Shown one piece after another: positions 47,195 through 56,497 of a DNA stretch of 64,000 nucleotides. The notes beneath the pieces are model-generated. The model worked only from the letters and a program-made list of their open reading frames with translations, did no database searches and was not told the DNA's origin. A program made the translations under genes and the position numbers. Every line of letters begins with the position of its first letter. Within the stretch, counting starts at the first letter, position 1. The DNA comes from Syntrophales bacterium. GTDB lineage: Bacteria > Desulfobacterota > Syntrophia > Syntrophales > UBA2210. The stretch spans positions 581,275 to 645,274 of the forward strand of contig OY761459.1 in NCBI GenBank assembly GCA_963664485.1, given 5' to 3'.

Positions 47195-48631
47195 CTATTT
47201 CGAATCGTTCCTGCTTGTTATTGTCAGTCGTGTACTACGAGCGTATCGTACCCATTCAACCCTTTTCCGGCATTTAGCGTCCAGCTTACCCAGCACTCTG
47301 TGAGGAATCCTTTTCATTACCCATCGCACGGTGGCATATTGCATTAAAACAAACATAACGTAGTACTGAAGTGAATAAGCGATATCCCATATTTTATGAA
47401 ACTGCCACTTCCGAGAACGCTTGAGGTGGGGGTTCTCGAATCGCACCCCATACTCAGGTACTCCAACGCGTAAAATCTTCGCTACCCGGCTAAACGTGTC
47501 CAGTCCGAGTTTTTTACCCGCCACCTTAAGAGAACTTGCAACGGAGTCCTCATCGACCCGGTGTACAACTAACTTTCCCTCCTCTATTGCCCGGGAAACG
47601 ACCTTGTGCCCTCGCTCGGTACGAATAACGAACTCGGAAAGCCCATTTTTAAGATCAAAACCCTGCTCCTCGAAAAATCCGTGCTCACGGGAAATCCTGC
47701 AATCCCCGCACGAGATATCGGAGAATTCGTTTGCCTTGTCAAAACAATTCAGACACCGCCAATTAGTGAAGTAGGGTCTTGGCCAGAGACGACTATTTTT
47801 CGAATCAAAATTACAAGTGTGACCATGCTTGTTTTTTAATCTCATATCGCAGGGCCAACCGCGCCATATTTTGTCGCGGTAACGGAAATAAGTCAGATCC
47901 TCTCTTTTAAATCCGCACTTATGGAGTACCTGCTCGTGGAAATGGTATGTAAAGACACCCAGGCAGTGTAATCCGATGTATAGAAATATCTTTTCCGTCA
48001 AATTGGGCAATGCCTCCTCAGCCTTGCGCATCCCCTGTATCTGGCAGGGTGTACCTACAAACGCAAATCTGCCGGGCTTTTCAAGTATTTCCTTAATAAT
48101 TAGGGAAGCTGGGATCGGATTGTACTTTGACCCCACCGCAGCAAGTATTTCCTGTCGGTTACGAGCGATATAAGTTTTTGGTTTCAACGGAGAATTCTCT
48201 CGCCAACAGGTAACAACCGCTCCGTCGATCAACTCTCTTTCCAAGCAGTAAAGAAGAATCGTGGAGACAAACCCGCCGCTCTGCGACAGCCGTAGTATTT
48301 CTTCATCGGTCGTATATCCGGAATAGGCGATGAGACAGGCGCCAAGTGCGGTATGCCCGGGTAGCGAACCATGCAACCTTTTATACTGTTTGACGTAATC
48401 AAAACCATGACCGGGACATACACTCACGCACAGGCCGCAATGATTGCACAAATTATAATTGATAAAGGGAACATAAACTCCGAATCGATTTACGCGCATC
48501 TCAATTGCTTTAGTGCCGCACACTCCGGCGCATGTACCACAACTCGTGCAAAGATGTTGTTTAACAACAAAGTCCACATTAAACTGCCTGGATTTGATTA
48601 CACTATCTTCGTAAGTCATAGCCGGAACCAT
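47195..48631 (-). CDS. FrhB/FdhB-like (coenzyme F420 hydrogenase beta-subunit family) protein with an N-terminal 2x[4Fe-4S] ferredoxin domain
   Basis: 478 aa with CTSCGTCAGVCG and CNHCGLCVSVCPG, followed by an FrhB_FdhB-type region (SQSGGFVSTIL...FVGTPCQIQG). Confidence 0.7.
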   Translation of the reverse strand: MVPAMTYEDSVIKSRQFNVDFVVKQHLCTSCGTCAGVCGTKAIEMRVNRFGVYVPFINYNLCNHCGLCVSVCPGHGFDYVKQYKRLHGSLPGHTALGACLIAYSGYTTDEEILRLSQSGGFVSTILLYCLERELIDGAVVTCWRENSPLKPKTYIARNRQEILAAVGSKYNPIPASLIIKEILEKPGRFAFVGTPCQIQGMRKAEEALPNLTEKIFLYIGLHCLGVFTYHFHEQVLHKCGFKREDLTYFRYRDKIWRGWPCDMRLKNKHGHTCNFDSKNSRLWPRPYFTNWRCLNCFDKANEFSDISCGDCRISREHGFFEEQGFDLKNGLSEFVIRTERGHKVVSRAIEEGKLVVHRVDEDSVASSLKVAGKKLGLDTFSRVAKILRVGVPEYGVRFENPHLKRSRKWQFHKIWDIAYSLQYYVMFVLMQYATVRWVMKRIPHRVLGKLDAKCRKRVEWVRYARSTRLTITSRNDSK

Positions 48632-49775
48632 TATTGCTCGTTATGTTTCGATAAACTTCATTAAGCTGTCTACCTATATTTTCATGACTGAAATTATCCT
48701 GAACATACCGTGAAATCTCCCGGATGGAATAATCCCGATAATGATCCAGCATGTAATTGACCGCCTTTGTCAGGGCTCCGACATCCCCCGGGGGAACCAG
48801 TATACCTTTGCTTTTATCAATTTTTTCCTGCAACGCCGGGATATTGGAAGCCACAACCGGTTTCCCGCACGCCATCGCTTCAAAATAGGTTACACCGAAG
48901 GTCTCGTACAAGCTCGGTTGCACGTAAACTGTGCAGTTCCTCATAAATTCGGCTACTTCCCGCTTTGATCTCGCTCCATGAAAAGTTACTGTTTCCTCAA
49001 GCCCCAGGCTGTTTGCCATCTGTTGAAGCTCCGCGTGTTTTTTCCCTTCGCCGATAATATCCAGAACGAAATCATTTCTTTCGGACTTCAGACGGGCCAT
49101 CGATTCAAGAAGATAGTTAATCCCTTTTTTCGGTGAAAGTGTAGCGACGCACAGGATCATTTTCTTCCCGATTTTATTTTCATTATGATCGGGATAAAAG
49201 AGATTAATATCGATTACATTCGGTACAACTTCCTGATTGTTTCTTATACCGTGAGCGCTGATCGCATCTCGTAACGATTTACTTACGGGGAGAACAACAG
49301 CCGCCTCATTCATCGCGAATCGAGCTTTCAAACGATCCTTTCTGCTCAGGGTACTGACTAAAGCAGTCCAGTGTTCGGAGATAACGAACGGGATCCCGAA
49401 ACGCCTTTTTAACGCAACAGCCGTTGCGCCGGCAAGAAATACATGCGCATTAACGACATCCGGCTTCCACCCTTCAAGAAGTAATTTTTTAAAAGCGGCT
49501 AATACGCTCCATCGATATATTATGTTCGGCATTACATCTCTGTGTTTCACTCTGATTGTGCGTATTCCGTCTTCTATCCTGTCTGAAGATAACTCGTAAA
49601 GTCCTCTGACGCCTTTCTTCTCACGATCACTATATATTATCGTAACATCGTTATAAATAGCGGCCGCTTTTGCGTGTTCCTTTACAAAGAGCGCTTTACA
49701 GGGATTTTTGTCGCTCGGATACCATCCTGAAGACGGCAAAAAGAGGATTTTCAATTTATTGTCTTCTCTATTCAT
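48603..49775 (-). CDS. Glycosyltransferase family 4
   Basis: 390 aa with a GT-B C-terminal EX7E region, VQPSLYETFGVTYFEAMACGKPVV. Confidence 0.85.
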   Translation of the reverse strand: MNREDNKLKILFLPSSGWYPSDKNPCKALFVKEHAKAAAIYNDVTIIYSDREKKGVRGLYELSSDRIEDGIRTIRVKHRDVMPNIIYRWSVLAAFKKLLLEGWKPDVVNAHVFLAGATAVALKRRFGIPFVISEHWTALVSTLSRKDRLKARFAMNEAAVVLPVSKSLRDAISAHGIRNNQEVVPNVIDINLFYPDHNENKIGKKMILCVATLSPKKGINYLLESMARLKSERNDFVLDIIGEGKKHAELQQMANSLGLEETVTFHGARSKREVAEFMRNCTVYVQPSLYETFGVTYFEAMACGKPVVASNIPALQEKIDKSKGILVPPGDVGALTKAVNYMLDHYRDYSIREISRYVQDNFSHENIGRQLNEVYRNITSNNGSGYDLRR

Positions 49776-50794
49776 GAGTTATGAATCAACGCCTCAGGAG
49801 AATTTTCGTCCACCCAGTCGAATATTTTCCCCATCTGTTCCTTGTACGTATAATGTTTCAGAACCTTTTCCTGTCCCGCCTTTGCAATCCTTTTCCGTTC
49901 ATCTTCATTCTTCAGATAGTACCGGATCTTTTCCACCATCTCATCGTCCGTTTCGTAAACTTCCACCTCAGTGCCGATCTCGAATGCATGTTCGATTCCG
50001 GGAGTTTTTCTGCACAGGTAAAAACCCCCGCATCCCATAACCGCAAAGCTTCGGTTGCTTAAATATCTGCCTGCAAAAGGTTTATCGGCGTCTTCGCCGA
50101 TAACAATCTTTGTATGACGTATAACATCCGCGAAATCTTTCATATATACCTGCCTGCCTGCCCATACGTGATGTACACCTCCCAGAAAGTAGCGGATATG
50201 TCTTAACTGACGGGACAGACGTCTTCCCCACCACTTCACGTCGATACCTTCACGTATCATTCTCATAGCCAGCTCGCATCTTCTGTTATAGGTCAGGCCT
50301 TCCATAGCCTTCCCCATCGAACCGATCATGGCTACATCCGCGTAATATTCGCTTACAGGTTCCGCATCGGGGAATTCAATTCCAAAAAATTCCTGCGAGA
50401 ATCCCTGGTGCATCCATTTGACATTTTTAACCCCCTGCTTACGAAGGTAATCGACATGGTCCTCCACATTGGTGAGAACAAAGTCATGAGGCCTGGCGAT
50501 CGGAACATACCAGTCACTTATCGGAACATCCAGACACCAGAAGATTGTAATACAACCGAAGTTCTTTATCTTATGTATCAGCGACGGAGAAAGAGATTCG
50601 CCTTTCTGGGTAAAAAAATAGGTGGGATTTTCCTTCTTCAGGATTCTGAAGATATCTTCTTCGTGATTTTTATTTGTCCTGTAATCATAACCGATTACCG
50701 ACAGACCAGCCTGCTCCATCCCCTTAATTATGTACCTGCCCGAGTTACCGGGTTGATCGATGGGAGCACAGTAAAGAACGGTTTTCCCCCGCAT
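49772..50794 (-). CDS. CgeB-like glycosyltransferase-fold protein (Glyco_trans_1_2 type)
   Basis: 340 aa. The C-terminus is GCGGFYLCRKTPGIEHAFEIGTEVEVYETDDEMVEKIRYYLKNEDERKRIAKAGQEKVLKHYTY. There is a 4-nt overlap with the downstream gene. Confidence 0.6.
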   Translation of the reverse strand: MRGKTVLYCAPIDQPGNSGRYIIKGMEQAGLSVIGYDYRTNKNHEEDIFRILKKENPTYFFTQKGESLSPSLIHKIKNFGCITIFWCLDVPISDWYVPIARPHDFVLTNVEDHVDYLRKQGVKNVKWMHQGFSQEFFGIEFPDAEPVSEYYADVAMIGSMGKAMEGLTYNRRCELAMRMIREGIDVKWWGRRLSRQLRHIRYFLGGVHHVWAGRQVYMKDFADVIRHTKIVIGEDADKPFAGRYLSNRSFAVMGCGGFYLCRKTPGIEHAFEIGTEVEVYETDDEMVEKIRYYLKNEDERKRIAKAGQEKVLKHYTYKEQMGKIFDWVDENSPEALIHNS

Positions 50795-50908
50795 CGTAGA
50801 TATCCTTTCACAACATATATTGCTTACGATTATATTCCTGCAACCTGAATTAAAAACAAATCGTGTTCAAACTAATACCAGTGAAGAAATGTTCCGCACA
50901 AAGGATAT

Positions 50909-52066
50909 TTACCCCTTATGGCCCCGTTTTTCGCCAAGCAGTGTCCTGTAGAGTTCTGCGTATCGTGAAGCAACAACTTTAACATCATATTGTGGAATCA
51001 TTTTATTTATGTGAGGTACAAAGCTCGCCTCCAGCTTCTGCCTGTTTCGTAGACCTAAAAGCAACTTATGCGCTAAATCTTCAGGAGAATTTCTTTTGTA
51101 TATGATACCTGTTTCACCATCTTTAATAAGTGTTTTTATAGTGCTGTAGTCATTTGCTATTATGATTTTTCTACACGCCAGGGCTTCCAGCAGGACACCC
51201 GGCAAACCCTCCCCGGCCGATGAAGGGAACACGAACAGTTCCGCATTTTGCAACAGTCTTATTTTTTCATCACCGGACTTAACCCCCGGAAAATATACCT
51301 TATCGTCGATATTCAGTGACCGGGCAAGAAGTTTTAACTTATCAAGGTCCGAACCGCTGCCTACAATGTAGAGAAATACTTCGGGACAATCCCGCCTCAA
51401 CAGGGAAAAGGCATTGATAAGTACATCCAGACGCTTATTCCCCGTAAGTCTTCCGAGATACATAATATATCTGTCCTCACCGGTTGCTACGGAAGGGATG
51501 GATTCGTAAAGTCTCTGGTCAAATCCGAGAGGAATTTCCACAATCTTCTTTTCAAGCGTCGGGTCCTGACTCAAGAGGATATTTGTAATTTCCGGATTTA
51601 TGGAAATGATTTTATCCATAAATGGAAGACTTGCCTTGAATCTCTTGAGCTGCCTCCTGCCGCCTTTGAGCATCCTGTCATTCCGAAACATTCCCAAGAG
51701 CACAACCGACGGCACAAACTTTCTGAAAAGTGTTCCGAAATACATCTGGTCCACGCCATGGCAATGAAGGATATCGAAGCGTTCCTTACGATAAAGAGAA
51801 AACAGCTGGCATAGAATAAATAAAGAATCCAAAAAATTTTTTGAAGGACTTTTCACGTATCGGACAATCCGGTATGGACTTTCTCCCACAGGCACGTCGA
51901 ATTTCTTTTCATGCGGTCCGAAAACAACACATTCAATACCATCAAACTTTGCAAGTTCCGTCAATATTGCATGCGTGTTAATCGCAACCCCGCTCAACCT
52001 GGGGATATAAGTATGCAAGAGGTGCATTACCTTAATTTTTACTGAATCTTCTTCTCCCGAATACAT
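50909..52066 (-). CDS. Glycosyltransferase family 4
   Basis: 385 aa with VFPSSAGEGLPGVLLEALACRKIII. Confidence 0.85.
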   Translation of the reverse strand: MYSGEEDSVKIKVMHLLHTYIPRLSGVAINTHAILTELAKFDGIECVVFGPHEKKFDVPVGESPYRIVRYVKSPSKNFLDSLFILCQLFSLYRKERFDILHCHGVDQMYFGTLFRKFVPSVVLLGMFRNDRMLKGGRRQLKRFKASLPFMDKIISINPEITNILLSQDPTLEKKIVEIPLGFDQRLYESIPSVATGEDRYIMYLGRLTGNKRLDVLINAFSLLRRDCPEVFLYIVGSGSDLDKLKLLARSLNIDDKVYFPGVKSGDEKIRLLQNAELFVFPSSAGEGLPGVLLEALACRKIIIANDYSTIKTLIKDGETGIIYKRNSPEDLAHKLLLGLRNRQKLEASFVPHINKMIPQYDVKVVASRYAELYRTLLGEKRGHKG

Positions 52067-52130
52067 TCAATCTCCTTGTAATACACCATCCATATCATGG
52101 TATCCGTAATATGTTTTTAAAACCGGGTTG

Positions 52131-53336
52131 TTATTTTGTTATCTCGTCTATCAACTCTTTAAACCGCTCTTCCCTTTTCTTTATTGAAAATTCTCTTTCC
52201 ACCCTTTCTTTCAGACGTATGGCCTTTGTTCCCGCCGCTTCCGGCTCCTTTTCAAGAACAAGCGATATTGTACCGGCCAGCTCTTCAGGATCAAGAAACT
52301 TTGGATTCGTCAACTCCAGCGTATCGGGATTTACCACATATTCGGGCATCGACAATGTTTCCAGATATGAATAACCGGATGGTTCTATTTTCGGCGTCAG
52401 CAGATAACCGAAACTATTATCGGGTATAATCTCAGGAATACCATCAACCTTTGAGGCAATCACGGGAGTTCCGGCGAGGGCCGCCTCTATATTAACGTTA
52501 CCGAAAGGTTCTCTCGCGGACGGCACAACCGTTACATCGGCCATTTTATAGAAGGGTGCCGTATCCGTCTGCATTCCGGTGAAGATTACCCTGTCTTCCT
52601 TCTTTCTCTCCTTGACCAGATTTTCTAATGTTTTTCTGACCTTACCGTCGCCTACCAGAACGAGTTTTATATCCTTTGCCGAAAGAAAATCGAGTGCCTC
52701 TATCAACGTATGAACACCTTTCAGTGTTATGAATCTCCCGACATAAAGAATCACTCTTTCGCCGGTCAGTCCATATTTCTTTCTCAAACCTTCTATTTCC
52801 TTTTTGCCTGTCTGTTTTATTCTCTCGGCATAGTCCGGCAGAAAAGAGTTATAGATTACTTTGATCCTTTCTTCGGGAATGTTCCATCTCTTATGAAGCA
52901 TGATCTTTGATGCCACAGTATTGGAAAAGAAAAAATCGAATTTGTCTATCCAGTCGGACTCTTCCGAATTGAGAAACCAGGAATGCCCTCCGTCATAGAA
53001 GACTTTTTTACCTTTTGCAAAACGGGCGAACAAATCCATCAATCGAACGTCCTGTATTTCATAAAACAGGTTCACATCGTGGGAGAAATCGATTTTTCTA
53101 CGGAGCAGATGCGCTCGCATAGATTTGGGAATTCTGACTCCATGCCAGTTTTTATATTCATACACTCGATAGTTTTTCTGTAGAAAGTCTCTGAATTTTT
53201 CATGTATCCTGGTTCCTGTATGGAGAATCTCATGATTCCATATACCGTCCCTTACAGACTCGGCCTTTAGAAAACGATATAAACGGTTTTCTTTACCTGC
53301 CGGAACTTCAAGATGAATGCAGTGCAATATTCTCAT
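52131..53336 (-). CDS. Glycosyltransferase family 4
   Basis: 401 aa with VVPSAREPFGNVNIEAALAGTPVI. Confidence 0.85.
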   Translation of the reverse strand: MRILHCIHLEVPAGKENRLYRFLKAESVRDGIWNHEILHTGTRIHEKFRDFLQKNYRVYEYKNWHGVRIPKSMRAHLLRRKIDFSHDVNLFYEIQDVRLMDLFARFAKGKKVFYDGGHSWFLNSEESDWIDKFDFFFSNTVASKIMLHKRWNIPEERIKVIYNSFLPDYAERIKQTGKKEIEGLRKKYGLTGERVILYVGRFITLKGVHTLIEALDFLSAKDIKLVLVGDGKVRKTLENLVKERKKEDRVIFTGMQTDTAPFYKMADVTVVPSAREPFGNVNIEAALAGTPVIASKVDGIPEIIPDNSFGYLLTPKIEPSGYSYLETLSMPEYVVNPDTLELTNPKFLDPEELAGTISLVLEKEPEAAGTKAIRLKERVEREFSIKKREERFKELIDEITK

Positions 53337-53359
53337 GGAATTACCGTCGTCCTTGCTTG

Positions 53360-54445
53360 TTATGTGCGTTCCAGAATAGTTCTTAATCTTGAACCGGCGA
53401 CTCCGATAACGTCCTCACAGGACAGTTCGTCCAGACAGCGGCTTTTACCGCTGTTATTGCATCCTTCTTTTATACAGGGTATACATTCCCATTCTTTTTG
53501 AACGATCGTATGATTTTCCCCCCATGGCGCCCACGTCTTTTTTTCAGTGGGCCCGAAGATCGCCACCACCGGTGTCTTCACCGCGGCCGCCATATGCATG
53601 GGACCCGAATCGATTCCGACAAACATCGTTGCGTTTGCAAGAAGAACGACCAAATGCCTCAATGACAGCCGCCCCCCCAGGTTGACGGGACAACTTCGGG
53701 ATAACCCGGCTATTTTATTAGTGAAATCGACCTCATCCCGACTGTCGCCACACACTAAAACCGTAGTAATATCGAATTCGTCTTTGAGATGATCACACAG
53801 CTTCGCGTATCCCTCAATCCTCCAGGCCCTGTATTTTGATTTCAGGATCGGATGCAGGACGACAAATTCACTGTCGAGCGACAAGCCCTCTTGTAATAAA
53901 ATCTCCTCACATGAAAGCGATTCTTCTTTATCCCAGTAAAGGACAGGGGACCGTGAAGGAGGAACATGGCCCAGTTGCTCTATCATTTGCAGATGCCGGT
54001 CCACCATGTGCGTACCCTTCGGTATTACTATCAAATCGGTAAATAATAAGTGCCTGTCAAAGCGCCGGATATTTTCCGGTTTAGATTTATATCCCAACCT
54101 TTTTTTCGCGCCGCTCAGAAAGCTGTAGGCGGCACCCCGATCATTCTTCGTCAATTCCAGTGCCATATCGAAATGCAATCTTCTCAGCTTCAGTATCAGA
54201 TCAATTTGTTTCTTCAGATCGGTGAGAGGGTTTTCATCTCTTTCCACTACAAATATCCTGTCGACATTCGGATTGTTTATCAACATGGCATCCGTACCCT
54301 TATTGACGAGAGCCGTTATGGATGCCTCAGGATAGTAATACCTTAATGCCTCGAAAACAGGGGTTGTAAGCACTACGTCTCCCAGATATCTGAGTTTTAT
54401 GACGAGGATATTGTTAATTTCCTTCCGAGTATCTTTGGTTACCAC
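53360..54445 (-). CDS. Glycosyltransferase family 9 (heptosyltransferase-like)
   Basis: 361 aa with ILVIKLRYLGDVVLTTPVFEALR and VGIDSGPMHMAAAVKTPVVAIFGPT. Confidence 0.8.
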   Translation of the reverse strand: MVTKDTRKEINNILVIKLRYLGDVVLTTPVFEALRYYYPEASITALVNKGTDAMLINNPNVDRIFVVERDENPLTDLKKQIDLILKLRRLHFDMALELTKNDRGAAYSFLSGAKKRLGYKSKPENIRRFDRHLLFTDLIVIPKGTHMVDRHLQMIEQLGHVPPSRSPVLYWDKEESLSCEEILLQEGLSLDSEFVVLHPILKSKYRAWRIEGYAKLCDHLKDEFDITTVLVCGDSRDEVDFTNKIAGLSRSCPVNLGGRLSLRHLVVLLANATMFVGIDSGPMHMAAAVKTPVVAIFGPTEKKTWAPWGENHTIVQKEWECIPCIKEGCNNSGKSRCLDELSCEDVIGVAGSRLRTILERT

Positions 54446-55574
54446 ACATCTCTCCGTATATAACAGACAGTTGCTCCAGATACCGTTTCCATGTGTGAAG
54501 GCTGAGAGCTTCCTCGTTAAAACACTGCACGGATTCCGAATCGATATCGAGACCCATTCGAATCTTTACGGCGATTTCATCGTGGTCCGTCGGGTCATCT
54601 ATAATATAACCGTTTCTGCCGTCAGCCAGCACCTCTGAAGCCCCGCATATTCTTGATGTGATTACCGGCAGACCGGCCGCCATGGCCTCCAGGCAAACAT
54701 TTCCAAAGGGTTCATAAATCGTCGGAAAAATGAAAAGATCACCGGCAGAATAATATTTTTCCACATCGACCACCGGACCCATGAATAGTATACGATTTTC
54801 CACACCTTCTTTTTTCGCAAGGCGTAGATAATACCCTGTCCTGTCCCTGCCTATTACCATTAACATGATATTTGGATCCAATTTTGCCAGGGCTTTGATA
54901 ACGGCTTTAAGTCCTTTCCTCTTGAACCCTGAACCGACAAATATGAGAAGAGAAGCGGCGTCGGGAATTCCGATCGATTTCCTGACGTTTGCCCTTGCCT
55001 CTGTCCTGTTCTTTAGGCGGAAACGGCTCACATCTATCGCATTGTACAGGACTTTGATCTTTTCCGGAGGAACTTTGTAGTGTTTTATAATTTCTTCTTT
55101 TCCTCTCTTTGATATCGCGATTATCATCCTGTAATTTCCGTCCTGAAAGATGTTTCGTTCCATACCGAGCAGGACAAGGTGCAGGGGGTTGATCCTGTTT
55201 ACGAATATTTTGTACCAGGGATCTATCTTCCGCCGCTGTATGAGCCATTCCCGGTGACATCCGTCTCCCGCACGGTAGATATCCTGATATATCGTTCTTT
55301 CGAAGCTGTGTATTATATCGAACCGTTCCTTTTTCATCATGTTTCTGGCGTTGATGGCAAAGCTCAGTGCTTCGAGAACCGAAAGTCCCTTAAACATCGG
55401 TACTTGATGGAATATCATCCGGTTTTCCCAGGCCGTTTCTCTTTCGGTTTTCCAGTTGTTTGCGAAGACATGAACTTCATGACCTATACCCAGCAGATGT
55501 TCGGCAAGCGCGGACGTATATCGCTCGGCACCTCCGAAATCGGTATAATATTTCCTGATTAATGCGATTTTCAC
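54414..55574 (-). CDS. Glycosyltransferase family 4 (WaaG-like architecture)
   Basis: 386 aa with FGGAERYTSALAEHL and IFPTIYEPFGNVCLEAMAAGLPVI. Confidence 0.85.
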   Translation of the reverse strand: MKIALIRKYYTDFGGAERYTSALAEHLLGIGHEVHVFANNWKTERETAWENRMIFHQVPMFKGLSVLEALSFAINARNMMKKERFDIIHSFERTIYQDIYRAGDGCHREWLIQRRKIDPWYKIFVNRINPLHLVLLGMERNIFQDGNYRMIIAISKRGKEEIIKHYKVPPEKIKVLYNAIDVSRFRLKNRTEARANVRKSIGIPDAASLLIFVGSGFKRKGLKAVIKALAKLDPNIMLMVIGRDRTGYYLRLAKKEGVENRILFMGPVVDVEKYYSAGDLFIFPTIYEPFGNVCLEAMAAGLPVITSRICGASEVLADGRNGYIIDDPTDHDEIAVKIRMGLDIDSESVQCFNEEALSLHTWKRYLEQLSVIYGEMCGNQRYSEGN

Positions 55575-56341
55575 TTCGTATCCTTCTGAAGTTCATGAAG
55601 TTTTGCGTATTTCAGAAAAGTATAGCACGCATAGAGAGCGGAAAGTATGAATCCGTAATATCCTTCAAGGAAACCTATCCTTACCACATACATATTGATG
55701 AACGTATAGATAGGACGGAATAACATATGGCGGATTCCGTAAATTTTCTTCTCCTTTAACAGTTCGTATGCCGCAAGCGTGGAATAACGGTCGAGTCTCG
55801 TCATGAAACCGTCCAGTGATCTGTATGTGTGATGCTCCATCGGATTTTTAAGATGGTCGGCAGTGCCGTTAAGATCGATTGCTTCGTGCACTTCCCTTAT
55901 CCCGAACAATCCTTTCCCCCTTTTAAAAAGACGCAACGTATAGTCGGGATACCATCCGCAACGTTTTATCCACCGTCCCAGGAAAAAATTTTTTCTTGCG
56001 ATAAAATAACCGTCTTTAGAATTACCGCTGTCGATTACGTTTTCAATCTCGCCTCTTAAGGCGGGCGTAATTCTTTCATCGGCATCAAGACTAAGCACCC
56101 AGTCCCTGGTTGCCTTCTCTATAGCGCTGTTTTTCTGTATCGAAAAACCTTTCCACGGTTCCACGTAAAAACCGGCTCCGAACTCTCTGCATATCTCCTC
56201 TGTCTTGTCTACGCTTCCGCAATCGACCACGATAATTTCGTCCGCCCATACGACACTTGCGAGACATTCCCTGATATTGGCTTCTTCATTATGGGTAATG
56301 ATTACAACAGACAAACCATTTGAAGATTTTTTATCAGTCAC
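55571..56341 (-). CDS. Glycosyltransferase family 2 (WaaE/KdtX-like LPS core type)
   Basis: 256 aa from a GTG start. LSVVIITHNEEANI, IVVDCGSVDKT and LDADE. It is a paralog of 31365-32144. Confidence 0.85.
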   Translation of the reverse strand: MTDKKSSNGLSVVIITHNEEANIRECLASVVWADEIIVVDCGSVDKTEEICREFGAGFYVEPWKGFSIQKNSAIEKATRDWVLSLDADERITPALRGEIENVIDSGNSKDGYFIARKNFFLGRWIKRCGWYPDYTLRLFKRGKGLFGIREVHEAIDLNGTADHLKNPMEHHTYRSLDGFMTRLDRYSTLAAYELLKEKKIYGIRHMLFRPIYTFINMYVVRIGFLEGYYGFILSALYACYTFLKYAKLHELQKDTK

Positions 56342-56497
56342 GGCTGCATTGCCTCTTTTTATAGTGTGTTTATTTGGTAATCACTGCTATTTCCATCACG
56401 GCCGGGAGAACTCGACCATCCCATGCAACCACATTTCTCCGGAAGACCTCTCCGGCCAGATAATCTCAAAACTTGGGGAATCAAGAACAAATATAAT

